Shown one piece after another: positions 28,501-37,685 of a stretch of DNA of 64,000 bases. Location: positions 8,527-72,526 of the forward strand of contig CALCJV010000027.1 in NCBI GenBank assembly GCA_937967405.1. Reading direction: 5' to 3'. The position numbers were made by a program, and so were the translations under genes. Under the pieces are notes generated by a model. That model ran no database searches. It was not told where the DNA came from and saw only the letters and a list, made by a program, of their open reading frames with translations. This DNA comes from an uncultured Chloroflexales bacterium (lineage in GTDB: Bacteria > Chloroflexota > Chloroflexia > Chloroflexales > Chloroflexaceae). Positions within the stretch are counted from its first letter, which is position 1, and the number at the start of each line of letters is the position of its first letter.

Positions 28501-29350
28501 TCCGGTAGTCAGTGGGGAGACCTTCCACCCCTCCGGTGGGCTGAACTTTGAGCGCACGGTGACGGAAGGTGAGCTGTTCGGGAAAGCAAGTGCAGCTGCG
28601 ATTGGGCGGCTGAAGGGCACGACTGTCTACATTATCGGCGAACACCTGCGCCGCCATCTAACGACGCTGATCCGGACTTACTTAGAAGAGTGTGGCGTTG
28701 GGCGGGTGGTGTTGATCACCGAGACGGAAGAGGCGGGGCAATCGCTGCGGGCCACCTTCCCAACACAGGTGAGTAGTGGGCAACTGGTGACGGTCGCTTC
28801 ACGCGGTGATCTGGAAGGTGCACTGGATTGGGCGTATGTCGAATTTGGCAAGCCGGGACCAGTGGTGTGTACGCCCTTCCGCCCGCTGCCCGCCAACCTT
28901 GCGCTGGCTGGCTCAACTGGCAATGACTGGGACAATGTGCTCAACGAAGCCGACTTCGCCGCGTTGGTGGAGCACAACCTGACGCACCACTTCCGCGTGG
29001 CACGGAAGATTTCGCTGGTGGATGGGGCCCAGTTGGTACTTGTGACCCCTTCGACCGGCATTGGCTCATCGGCAGAGGAGTTTGCGTTAGCCAACTTTAT
29101 CAAGACTACCCTGCACGCCTTTACCGCGACACTTGGAGTTGAGAGCGAACGCATTATTCATAATGTGCCGGTGAATCAGGTGGACTTGACGCGCCGGGCC
29201 CGCAATGAAGAACCCCGTAACGCGGCGGAAGAAGCCGAAGAACTCACGCGCTTTATCAACGCGGTGTTGCTCGTGAGTGCGCCCCAAGTCGAAGCCAAAG
29301 AGAGCCGCTATCGCTCACGCATTTATCGTGGGAACGCGATTACGGTATAA
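25583..29350 (+). CDS. mcr: bifunctional malonyl-CoA reductase (3-hydroxypropionate-forming)
   Basis: 1255 aa with two SDR modules: GKVAIITGGAGNIGEVITRRY at the N-terminus and GKVALITGGSAGIGGQVGRLL at about aa 580. Size and architecture match Chloroflexus Mcr (about 1220 aa). Sits next to pcs. Confidence 0.88.
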   Translation: MDDLQTSTHVAHAPAGRLIGKVAIITGGAGNIGEVITRRYLAEGATVVITGRNQTKLNTYRQALLDDDLAEPERILALPVDGSDMAQVRAGVAQVLEQYGRIDILINNAGSAGCKQRLPDVPLTPEQVRAPDTETLAQSIGNLLLLTWNMVRAVAPHMQPGSSIINVSTIFSRTDYYGRIPYVVPKAALNALTEGLAKELGARGIRVNTVYPGPIESDRIRNVFKTMDSLKGVPDGTTGAGFMNIMRLAHADAHGTVQKQFPTPADVAGTIVFLGSDEARAFAGHGFEVTNGMAVPAESRTTFVSRPGLRNVDASGKVVLVCAGDQIQETLALVDILRSCNAEVCLTFRDRAALIRIQNLFQERRYGDSSFALPILEYINPLDAAQTEDVLQHIYETTGGPHYVVIMPANGIEGETTYPYPASLVDVDDSLVERFANEELVGTIALARHLARFWNARQQHPISMMPGAPHVVFVGNSDDGKGNLYNNIARAANEQLIRVWRHESALDAQKPGIEGQLPEAVPVWSNQIVRYTNHEAENQGFALAWAVKLFNSDRHIEEINLYLPDAIGVTTGSHRLSFGWAESLIGLHIGKVALITGGSAGIGGQVGRLLALSGAKVMLAARGAEQLEQMRDAIVQEVRDAGYAYAESRVQVMDGIDVANEQQLARLVERTIDTFGRIDYLINNAGISGAEEMVIDMSLDDWRNTLAANLISNYSLIRKVAPLMKAQGSGYILNVSSYFGGEKSVAIPYPNRADYAVSKAGQRAMVESFARFMGPEVQINAIAPGPVDGDRLRGTGERPGLFKRRGRLILENKRLNDVHAALITALRGGHSLATLLPLLLANDVQAMAKSEKTPKPLRDLAERVWAESDPDGASRAFLLNQAIADKLFNRLQLGGYFLNTPPAPASNGNGAASLAPTASKLELAIQPPEPFFTARQIDREARKVREGVLGMLQLKRMPTEIDVARATVYYLADPVVSGETFHPSGGLNFERTVTEGELFGKASAAAIGRLKGTTVYIIGEHLRRHLTTLIRTYLEECGVGRVVLITETEEAGQSLRATFPTQVSSGQLVTVASRGDLEGALDWAYVEFGKPGPVVCTPFRPLPANLALAGSTGNDWDNVLNEADFAALVEHNLTHHFRVARKISLVDGAQLVLVTPSTGIGSSAEEFALANFIKTTLHAFTATLGVESERIIHNVPVNQVDLTRRARNEEPRNAAEEAEELTRFINAVLLVSAPQVEAKESRYRSRIYRGNAITV

Positions 29351-29373
29351 TTGCCCACGGGACAGGTGAAGCT

Positions 29374-29405
29374 GACGGGAGCGGTTATGTATTCAAACTC
29401 CCGTC
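29374..29405 (+). promoter_or_regulatory. mcr-pcs intergenic hairpin without a U tract
   Basis: GACGGGAG (29374-29381), 16-nt loop, CTCCCGTC (29398-29405). No T run follows, so it is not a canonical terminator. Possible processing or attenuation site. Confidence 0.35.
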
Positions 29406-29482
29406 GCTTCGCATTGGACGATAGATCGAGATTGTAGATCGAATGCTTGAATGAATGCAAATGGAAAAGGAGTACGTCACAG

Positions 29483-32400
29483 ATGACCCTGATAAGTGAG
29501 CCGAAACACGCTGGGGTGCGCCCGCCGCGTAGCAACCCGATCTTGACCCGTGCGGATTGGGAAGCCCAACGCGAAGCCTTTATAAAGGACCCGGGCGGCT
29601 TTTTTGGCGAGATCGCCCGCCAAATGCTGCACTGGTATGACCGTGATCTGAAGGCGTGGATTACGTGGGATGCTGAAGCACAACAGTGGCATGGTTTGGA
29701 TGCTGCGACTGGCATGACTATAGATGTTCCGTACACTGCTGCGTATCAGGTGTGGCAGCGCAGCTTCAATGCGGATCACGCGCCGTTCTATCGCTGGTTT
29801 GAGGGTGGGTTAACCAATGCCTGCTTTAATGAAGTAGACCGCCACGTCTTGATGGGCTATGGTGATGAGATCGCCTACTACTTCGAGGGGGATCGCTGGG
29901 ACTCGACGCTGAATGATGGGCGCGGTGGCCCAGTGGTCAGCTATGCTGTGACGCGCAAGAAGCTGTTACTTGAGGTGGTCAAAGCGGCGCAGGTGCTGCG
30001 TGATCTTGGCTTGAAGCGTGGGGATCGGCTGGCTCTGAACATGCCCAACATCATGGAGCAGATTTACTACACTGAAGCGGCTAAGCGGCTTGGCATCATC
30101 TACACCCCCGTATTCGGCGGCTTCAGCGACAAAACACTCAGTGACCGCATTCATAATGCAGGTGCACGGATTGTGATCACGAGCGATGGGGGCTACCGCA
30201 ACGCGCAGGTAGTGCCCTACAAAGAGACCTATACTGACCAAGCCCTTGATAAGTTCATTCCGGTTGAGGTTGCCCTTGAGATTGTGCAAACGACGCTGAA
30301 GAGCTTTAAGGAGCAGGTGCAGGAACATCATCTCGAAACGATCTTTGAGGAAGCGGCTGCCGCTGTAGAGGGGGATATTACCGTTGAGCGGCGCGACATT
30401 ATGCGTGGCGTGGGGCGGGCCCTCGATCAGCTGGCCGATGTGGATACGCTGATCCAATCGCGCATCCGCACTGCTATTGCACAGGCGTTGGTTGAGTCGC
30501 CGCCGCGTGTGGATACGGTGGTGGTGGTGCGGCACACTGGACAGGATATTGTCTGGCGCACTGAGCGGGATCGCTGGAGCCACAGCCTGATGACGGATGC
30601 GCTGCTGAAGATACTGGAGAATGCCCGCCAAGCGGGGATCAATGTGCAGAGCGAGCAGGAGCTACTCGCCTTGCCCACTGAGCAGTTTATCCGCGCCCTG
30701 TATGCCACTAGCCCAGCCGAGCCGCTCGATGCCGAGTTCCCGATGTTTATCATTTACACCAGCGGGAGCACTGGCAAACCTAAAGGCGTAGTCCATGTGC
30801 ACGGCGGCTACACGGCTGGGGTTGCCTATACCATGCGGATCAGTTTCGACTCTGAGCCGGGTGACACCATCTTTGTGGTTGCCGATCCGGGCTGGATCAC
30901 GGGCCAAAGCTACCTGCTAAGTGCTACCATGACCACGCGCTGCACCGGTATTATTGCCGAAGGCTCGCCAGTTTTTCCCAGCGCAGGCCGCTTCGCCAGC
31001 ATGATCGAACGCTACGGCGTGCATATCTTCAAAGCAGGGGTGACGTTCCTCAAGTCCGTAATGAGCGACCCGCAGAATGTCGCCGACGTGCAATTCTACG
31101 ATATGAGCAGCCTGCGGGTGTGTACCTTCTGTGCTGAGCCAGTCAGCCCAGCGGTGCAGCAGTTTGGCATGGACTTGATGTCGCCGCAATACATCAACTC
31201 GTATTGGGCCACTGAGCATGGCGGCATTGTGTGGACCCATTTCTATGGGAATGATGATTTCCCGCTGCGCCCCGATGCCCACACCTACCCGCTGCCGTGG
31301 GTGCTCGGTGAGGTTTGGGTTGCGGCAGAGAGCAGCAGCAACGGCAGTACGGTCGGCTACCAGATTGCGCCGTTTGAGGAGAAGGGTGAGATTGTGGTGA
31401 CGCACCCCTATCCTTACCTGACCCGCACCATCTGGGGCGATGTGGAGAACTTCACGATTGATGGCGACCGCATCAATCCGGCGTGGCGGGGGGATATTGA
31501 ACGCTATATCAAGACATACTGGCGGCGCGGGCCAGTGAATGCGAGTGGCGAGGAAGGTTGGGGCTATATTCAGGGCGACTTTGCCCGCAAGTATGCCGAT
31601 GGGAGCTTCAGCTTACACGGGCGCAGCGATGATGTGATCAATGTGAGCGGCCACCGCATGGGAACGGAAGAGATCGAAGGGGCGATCCTGCGCGATCAAC
31701 AGCAGTATGCCAATTCGCCCGTCGGCAACTGTATTGTGGTCGGTGCGCCCCACCGCGAGAAGGGCTTGACACCGGTGGCGTTCATCCTGACCGTGCCGGG
31801 GCGCACGATTACCAGTGAAGATCGCCGCCGCTTGAACGAACTGGTTCGCAATGAGAAGGGTGTGGTCTCAGTGCCCGAAGATTACATCGAGGTCTCAGCC
31901 TTCCCTGAAACTCGCAGTGGCAAGTATATGCGCCGCTTCCTGCGGGCGATGATGCTGGATGAGCCGCTCGGTGATACGACGACGCTCCGCAATCCAGAGG
32001 TGCTGGATGAGATCAGGCGCAAGATTCAGGACTGGAAGCTGAAGCAACGCCTTGCAGAGGAGCAACGCCTCTTTGAGAACTATCGCTACTTCCGGATCGA
32101 GTATCATCCGGCTAAGCAGCTTGGCAAAATGGCGGTGGTAACGGTGACGAACCCGCCTGTTAACGCTCTCAACGAACGCGCCCTTGATGAACTGAATACC
32201 CTCCTTGACCACCTTGCCCGCCGTGAGGATGTGATGGCGATTGTGTTTACTGGACAGGGCACCAAGAGCTTCGTAGCCGGGGCCGACATTCGCCAATTGC
32301 TGGAAGAGATGCACTCCTACGAGGATGCGATTGCGCTGCCGAATAACGCCCAGCTGGCCTTCCGCAAGATTGCGCGGATGTCCAAGCCGTGTATTGCCGC

Positions 32401-34981
32401 AATCAATGGAGTTGCGCTGGGTGGTGGAATGGAGTTTGCGATGGCCTGCCACGCCCGTGTTGCCGATATGCACGCTATCTTTGGACAGCCCGAAATCAAT
32501 CTGCGTCTGCTGCCCGGCTACGGCGGTACGCAGCGGCTGATCCGGTTGGTGCAACAGCGTCACGGTGCACAGGGGATTGTGGCTGCGCTCAAGATTCTGA
32601 TGAACGGACGCAATCTGACGGCCGATGAGGTGCTCCAGCTGGGCTTGGTGGATCTGGTTGCCCGTGACGATCAGCACGCGCTTTCACTGGCGACACAGCT
32701 GGTGTTGGAGTATGCCCAAGATGGGGAACACTCGCCTCAGAGTTCCACCCTGTCGCATCTGTTTCGCACGCGGCAGCAGCTGAATGAGCAATGGGAACAG
32801 CCCGATCCCGAATTTGCGGCTCAGATTGAGCAAGCCTTCACTGATCCAGAAATCCAGCGCATCGTTGCCCAAGCGGAATGGGCCGGGCGCAGCGATGCGA
32901 TTCGGCGCATCAAAGAGGCGGTGCTGCACGGCTATACGCATGGTATCTCAGCCGGCTTAGCCTTCGAAGCCCGAATGTTTGCCGAAGCAGTCGTTGATCC
33001 CGAAGGTGGCAAGCGCGGCATTCAAGATTTCCTCGACAAGAAAGCGGCTCCATTGCCCACCCGCCGCGTGATCAGCACTACGCCTGAATTAGAGCAGGAG
33101 CTGATCCAGCAAGGGCAATTGCTACCAGTCGGTGCACCTTTCTTCCCCGGCATTACCCCGATCCCGACCTATCAATACGCTCAAGGCGCACTGCGCGACG
33201 AAAAGACGGGTGCAGCCAATCATGGCGATCCGATTGTCGCGGAGAAGCAATTTGTCATTCCCGTCGAACGCCCCAACCCCAATCAGGTGCTCCTCTACGT
33301 GCTTGCCTCCGAAGTCAACTTCAACGACATCTGGGCGATTACGGGTATTCCTGTTTCACAGTTCGACAACCACGACCGCGATTGGCACGTCACCGGCAGT
33401 GGTGGTATCGGCTTAGTGGTGGCCTTGGGTGAAGAAGCCCGCCGCGAGGGGCGCTTGAATGTGGGCGATGTGGTCAGCATCTTCAGTGGACAGAGCAATC
33501 TGCTGTCGCCGCTCGCTGGCATTGACCCAATGTATGTGGATTTCTTCATTCAAGGCAACGAAACGCCCGATGGTTCGCATCAGCAGTTTATGCTGGTACA
33601 AGCTCCACAGTGCTTGCCAATGCTGCCCGATATGACGATTGAGGCCGCTGGCAGTTACGTGCTGAGTATGGGCACCGTCTACCGCGCTTTGTTTACGGTG
33701 CTCGACATCAAGCCCGGCTACCGCATCTTTATCGAGGGTTCAGCAACCGGCACGGGCGCAGATGCAATGACTATCGCGCTCAATAACAACCTGCACGTAA
33801 CCGGTATGGTGAGCAGCAATGAACGGGCGGGCAAGGTGCGCGAACGCGGCGCGACCGGGGTCATCAATCGCCGCGACCCGCGCTACGATGGCATCTTCAC
33901 CCGGGTGCCGACTGATCCGACGCAATGGGCCGCATGGGAAGCCGCAGGCGAGGTGTTGCTGGATGACTACCGCGCCCAGAACCATGGGCATCTCGCTGAT
34001 TACGTGGTGTCGCACGCGGGCGAGCGGTCGTTCCCGCGCAGCTTCCAGCTTCTTGGTGAGCCGCACAACGATCACATCCCAACCCTCACCTTCTACGGCG
34101 CAAGCAGTGGCTATCACTTCACCTTTATGGGCAAGCCGGGGGCGGCTGATCCTGAAACGATGCTGCGCCGGGTGCGGATGCGGGCCGGTGAAGCGGTCGT
34201 GATTTACTACGGTGTGGTGCATACGGATGAGTTGGTGGATCAGGTGGGGCTAGAAGCCATCGAGACGGCGCGGGCGATGGGCGGGCGGATCGTGATTGTC
34301 ACTGCGAGCGACGCGCAGCGCGACTTCATTCTGAGCTTGGGCTTTGGGGCGGCGTTGCAGGGTGTGATTAGCCTTGAGGAGATCAAGCGGCGTTCGGGCG
34401 ATGATTTCGAGTGGCACACGACCATGCCCGATCTGGCCGATGCCCGCACCGAAACGGAAGCCTTCAAGGAGGGCGTGCGCCGCTTTACCGACCTGACCTT
34501 CAAACCACTGGGGGCGGCCATTGGCTCCTTCCTGCGCTCGCCGGATAATCCGCGTGGCTACCCGGATCTAATTATCGAGCGGGCTGGGCACGATGCTCTC
34601 GCGGTCAGCACGATGCTGGTCAAGCCGTTTACGGGGCGGGTGGTCTACTATGAAAATATGGCTGGGCGGCGATATTCATTCTATGCGCCGCAAGTCTGGA
34701 CTCGTCACCGCCGCATCTACATGCCGAGCGCAAACATTTGGGGCACACACCTCTCGAATGCGGCTGAAGTTGCCAAGCTCAATGATGACATTGCGGCCGG
34801 GCTGCTGCAAGTGGGCGAGCCAGTTGTCGTGGCGTGGAACGAGATTGCCGAAGCGCACCAAGCCATGTGGGAGAACCGCTTGACGGGGGCGATCTACGTG
34901 GTCAATCACGCCTTGCCGCGCACTGGCTTGACCTCGAAGGATGAGCTGTATCAGGCGTGGGCGGAGCAGATGCAGCTGTAG
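29483..34981 (+). CDS. pcs: trifunctional propionyl-CoA synthase (acyl-CoA synthetase / enoyl-CoA hydratase / enoyl-CoA reductase)
   Basis: AAAAGGAG (29465-29472) precedes ATG 29483. AMP-binding motif YTSGSTGKPKGV. Crotonase segment VTNPPVNALN..GADI. C-terminal MDR-type reductase. The N-terminus (PPRSNPILTRADWEAQREAF..HWYD) parallels Chloroflexus Pcs as I remember it. Confidence 0.88.
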   Translation: MTLISEPKHAGVRPPRSNPILTRADWEAQREAFIKDPGGFFGEIARQMLHWYDRDLKAWITWDAEAQQWHGLDAATGMTIDVPYTAAYQVWQRSFNADHAPFYRWFEGGLTNACFNEVDRHVLMGYGDEIAYYFEGDRWDSTLNDGRGGPVVSYAVTRKKLLLEVVKAAQVLRDLGLKRGDRLALNMPNIMEQIYYTEAAKRLGIIYTPVFGGFSDKTLSDRIHNAGARIVITSDGGYRNAQVVPYKETYTDQALDKFIPVEVALEIVQTTLKSFKEQVQEHHLETIFEEAAAAVEGDITVERRDIMRGVGRALDQLADVDTLIQSRIRTAIAQALVESPPRVDTVVVVRHTGQDIVWRTERDRWSHSLMTDALLKILENARQAGINVQSEQELLALPTEQFIRALYATSPAEPLDAEFPMFIIYTSGSTGKPKGVVHVHGGYTAGVAYTMRISFDSEPGDTIFVVADPGWITGQSYLLSATMTTRCTGIIAEGSPVFPSAGRFASMIERYGVHIFKAGVTFLKSVMSDPQNVADVQFYDMSSLRVCTFCAEPVSPAVQQFGMDLMSPQYINSYWATEHGGIVWTHFYGNDDFPLRPDAHTYPLPWVLGEVWVAAESSSNGSTVGYQIAPFEEKGEIVVTHPYPYLTRTIWGDVENFTIDGDRINPAWRGDIERYIKTYWRRGPVNASGEEGWGYIQGDFARKYADGSFSLHGRSDDVINVSGHRMGTEEIEGAILRDQQQYANSPVGNCIVVGAPHREKGLTPVAFILTVPGRTITSEDRRRLNELVRNEKGVVSVPEDYIEVSAFPETRSGKYMRRFLRAMMLDEPLGDTTTLRNPEVLDEIRRKIQDWKLKQRLAEEQRLFENYRYFRIEYHPAKQLGKMAVVTVTNPPVNALNERALDELNTLLDHLARREDVMAIVFTGQGTKSFVAGADIRQLLEEMHSYEDAIALPNNAQLAFRKIARMSKPCIAAINGVALGGGMEFAMACHARVADMHAIFGQPEINLRLLPGYGGTQRLIRLVQQRHGAQGIVAALKILMNGRNLTADEVLQLGLVDLVARDDQHALSLATQLVLEYAQDGEHSPQSSTLSHLFRTRQQLNEQWEQPDPEFAAQIEQAFTDPEIQRIVAQAEWAGRSDAIRRIKEAVLHGYTHGISAGLAFEARMFAEAVVDPEGGKRGIQDFLDKKAAPLPTRRVISTTPELEQELIQQGQLLPVGAPFFPGITPIPTYQYAQGALRDEKTGAANHGDPIVAEKQFVIPVERPNPNQVLLYVLASEVNFNDIWAITGIPVSQFDNHDRDWHVTGSGGIGLVVALGEEARREGRLNVGDVVSIFSGQSNLLSPLAGIDPMYVDFFIQGNETPDGSHQQFMLVQAPQCLPMLPDMTIEAAGSYVLSMGTVYRALFTVLDIKPGYRIFIEGSATGTGADAMTIALNNNLHVTGMVSSNERAGKVRERGATGVINRRDPRYDGIFTRVPTDPTQWAAWEAAGEVLLDDYRAQNHGHLADYVVSHAGERSFPRSFQLLGEPHNDHIPTLTFYGASSGYHFTFMGKPGAADPETMLRRVRMRAGEAVVIYYGVVHTDELVDQVGLEAIETARAMGGRIVIVTASDAQRDFILSLGFGAALQGVISLEEIKRRSGDDFEWHTTMPDLADARTETEAFKEGVRRFTDLTFKPLGAAIGSFLRSPDNPRGYPDLIIERAGHDALAVSTMLVKPFTGRVVYYENMAGRRYSFYAPQVWTRHRRIYMPSANIWGTHLSNAAEVAKLNDDIAAGLLQVGEPVVVAWNEIAEAHQAMWENRLTGAIYVVNHALPRTGLTSKDELYQAWAEQMQL

Positions 34982-35117
34982 CGATTGCCGAGCCGATGCG
35001 GCGATCACCTCGTACAGCAATGCAGGCAGGGGCGTGGGTAGATGATCTACCTGCGCCCTTGCTCCGTCTCAAGGTATAATTGAGAAGAGGCGGAATTGCT
35101 ACCAGAGGAACTGAGCT

Positions 35118-35738
35118 ATGCCAATTACGATCCCAACTGACTATACTGAGCGCACGAGCATCCCGACAGTGCTGCGGGCCGATGGCGTGGGCGTGGTGGC
35201 ACAGGGGCAGTGGACGTATGCTACGTATGCCGCCTTGCCGCCCGACGATCTACGTCATGAAATTATTGGTGGAGTGCTGTATATGGCCCCTGCCCCCAAC
35301 ACCGCACATCAAGGTGCGATCACGCGCTTCGTGGCTTACCTCTTCCGCGATGTTGAGCAGGTTGGCTTGGGGCGCGTGCTCCCCGCACCGTGCGATGTCG
35401 AATTAGCTGCCCATACGGTGGTGCAGCCAGATGTGGTCGTGGTTCTGGCAGCGCGGCAGCATATCATCACGCCTGCGCGGGTGATTGGGGTGCCTGATCT
35501 GGTGCTGGAAATTGCCTCACCTGGCACCGTCACCTATGACCGCCACACCAAGCTCGAAGCCTATGCACGGGCGGGTGTCCCCGAATATTGGCTGGCTGAT
35601 CCAGCCTCGCGCACGGTCGAGGTGCTTGTGCTCCAAGGGCAACGGTATATGCAGGTGGGAGTATTTGCGGGGGCGGTACGGCTACCTTCGCGGATCATCC
35701 CAACCTTTGCGGCAACCGTCGAACAGTGCTTCGTGTAG
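35118..35738 (+). CDS. Uma2-family (DUF820) PD-(D/E)XK-like endonuclease
   Basis: HEIIGGVLYMAPAPNTAHQ, QPDVVVV, VPDLVLEIASPGT, K...Y..AGVPEYWLADP: the standard Uma2 pattern. Confidence 0.8.
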   Translation: MPITIPTDYTERTSIPTVLRADGVGVVAQGQWTYATYAALPPDDLRHEIIGGVLYMAPAPNTAHQGAITRFVAYLFRDVEQVGLGRVLPAPCDVELAAHTVVQPDVVVVLAARQHIITPARVIGVPDLVLEIASPGTVTYDRHTKLEAYARAGVPEYWLADPASRTVEVLVLQGQRYMQVGVFAGAVRLPSRIIPTFAATVEQCFV

Positions 35739-35821
35739 ACGCATACACGGTATCGTCCGGTTGCGTGTCGGGCGCGTTCGGTAGGGGCTGGCATTGCGAT
35801 TGATCCCCAATCAACACGCCC

Positions 35822-37684
35822 CTACTCCGCTAGCACCTCGCGCACAATCTCGCGGCTGCTGCCCTGCGGCAGGTACACATACCGCCCACCGAGCCACTCT
35901 GCCAGTTGGCGGGCTTCGCCGCGTGAGAGGAAGTTGCGTTGGGTGTCAATCACAACGGCACTGAGACCCTCGCTGCGGAGCCGTCCGGCAAGGCGTTGCA
36001 CCTCCTCACGGGCGTGAGCAAGGCGTTCGTCGCGGCTCTGGTCGGGCTGGGGCTGGAGCGGCACGTTCGGGCGGCCATCGGTGATCAGCACGAGTGAGGT
36101 TTGCTGGATGCCCCGACTGCGGGCGTGCTGGGCGATTTGCCATGCGGCCAGCAACGCCGATGCAAGCGGTGTGCCGCCGCCAGTGGGCAGCACGTCAAGG
36201 GCACGTTTGGCTAGCTCGACACTTTGTGAGGGTGGGAGTAAGACCTCTGCCTGCTCGCCGCGAAAGGCAATCAGCGCAACCTGATCGCGGTGGACATACG
36301 CCTGTTGCAGCAGCGCATTGATTGCACCTTTTGCCTGCCGCATACGGTGCAGAGCCATTGAGCCGCTTGCATCTACCAAGAAGCAGAACAGCGTACCCGC
36401 TTTGCTGCGGAACTGCTTGATGTGGAGGTCGTCGCTGCGAAGCTGCACCCGCCGCACTGGACCATCGGCACCATCGGGGGGGGGCTGTTCAGCTTGGCGG
36501 GCGGGCTGCCATGGGGCGGCGGCGCGGAGCGTTGCAATCACATCGAGCCGCCCCTGACTGGGCTTGCCCGGCACCGAGCGAATGTGCCGCCCGCGCTTGC
36601 CGAGCGTGCTGCCGCGCGAGCCACTGCGCCCCTTACGGCGAATACTGAAGGGCGTTGCTAAGACATCGGAGGTGATCTCAGTCTCCATTGCAGCCAGCAC
36701 CAAATCCTCTAGCGTAAGGGCTTCGGGGTCTGGTTCGGGCTGCTGCTCGCTGGCCTCGCTATCGGTGTGGTCTGGTTCGGTGGGGGGCGGTGGTGGCGGT
36801 TCGGCGGGGGGGCTGTCCGGCTCGGTCTCAGCGGCAAGCGGCAGGCGCGTGGCTCGCGGCAACAGCACTAGCCGCACGGCCAAAGCGAGGTCGTCTTGCT
36901 CAACCAGATCACGCCCCTCTAGGGCGGCGGCGGCAAGGGCTACCCGACACGCAAACAGATCGGCGCGTTGCCCCTCAATACCGAAGGCAAGAGCGGCTTC
37001 AGCTAATTGGTGCAGGTGCAGATCGCTGATCTGCACCGTGGGCAGCAGCGTGCGGGCTTGCTCAATTAATAGCCGTAGGGCGATGCTTTCTTCGTGCCAC
37101 GCGGCGTAATCGAGCTGCTGATTGCGGCGCACTGTTTCGGCGCGGGTGTGGACAGACGTGCGGGTGAGCGGCGCAACAATGATGCCCACGCGGTCGAGCA
37201 GGTGGCGGCGCGGTGGGCCTTCGGCGGGATCGTAGGTGGCGAGGAGCACCAAGCGGGCGGGCGAGCGTTGGCTGAGGCCCTCACGTTCGACACGCACCAT
37301 GCCAGTATCGAGGGTGGCTAAGAGGTGATTGAGGCTGCTATCATCGAGCAGGTTGATATTATCTACATACAGCAAGCCGCCATCGGCGCGAGCCAGTAGC
37401 CCAGCGCGGTAGTGGCGTGTGCCAGTCGCAAGGGTGGCTTCCAGATCAAGCCCACCGAGTAGGCGATCTTCGGTGACACCAAGCGGCACTTCGACAAGGT
37501 GGGCGCAGTGCGGCAAGCCTGCGACCAGTACGGCGAAGCCGCGCATCAGGCTACTCTTGCCAGTCCCCGCACCCGCGCCGAGTACAACTCCGCCAAGCAG
37601 GGGATCAACGGCGAGCAACATGAGGGCGTGCTGGGCCTGATCTAGCCCGACGAGGGCGGGGAAGGGGATGACCCCCTTTGACAT
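35822..37684 (-). CDS. bchD: magnesium chelatase subunit D
   Basis: N-terminal BchI-like AAA module: FPALVGLDQAQHALMLLAVDP, GTGKS, PLGVTEDRLLGGLDL, VEREGLS. Pro/acidic linker (PPAEPPPPPPTEPD..). C-terminal vWA domain with MIDAS DASGSM. Start ATG 37684 (MSKGVIPFP..) preferred; ATG 37732 is possible. Confidence 0.8.
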   Translation of the reverse strand: MSKGVIPFPALVGLDQAQHALMLLAVDPLLGGVVLGAGAGTGKSSLMRGFAVLVAGLPHCAHLVEVPLGVTEDRLLGGLDLEATLATGTRHYRAGLLARADGGLLYVDNINLLDDSSLNHLLATLDTGMVRVEREGLSQRSPARLVLLATYDPAEGPPRRHLLDRVGIIVAPLTRTSVHTRAETVRRNQQLDYAAWHEESIALRLLIEQARTLLPTVQISDLHLHQLAEAALAFGIEGQRADLFACRVALAAAALEGRDLVEQDDLALAVRLVLLPRATRLPLAAETEPDSPPAEPPPPPPTEPDHTDSEASEQQPEPDPEALTLEDLVLAAMETEITSDVLATPFSIRRKGRSGSRGSTLGKRGRHIRSVPGKPSQGRLDVIATLRAAAPWQPARQAEQPPPDGADGPVRRVQLRSDDLHIKQFRSKAGTLFCFLVDASGSMALHRMRQAKGAINALLQQAYVHRDQVALIAFRGEQAEVLLPPSQSVELAKRALDVLPTGGGTPLASALLAAWQIAQHARSRGIQQTSLVLITDGRPNVPLQPQPDQSRDERLAHAREEVQRLAGRLRSEGLSAVVIDTQRNFLSRGEARQLAEWLGGRYVYLPQGSSREIVREVLAE

Positions 37685-37685
37685 G

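Noticed and set aside
35822-37684. BchD-like protein considered as a vWA-MoxR-type conflict-system component
   Set aside because: The LGVTEDRLLGGLDL and VEREGLS motifs, the Pro/acidic linker and the MIDAS vWA domain match Mg-chelatase D subunits. The genome is clearly that of a phototroph. I kept it as bchD and flagged the GTPase adjacency separately.
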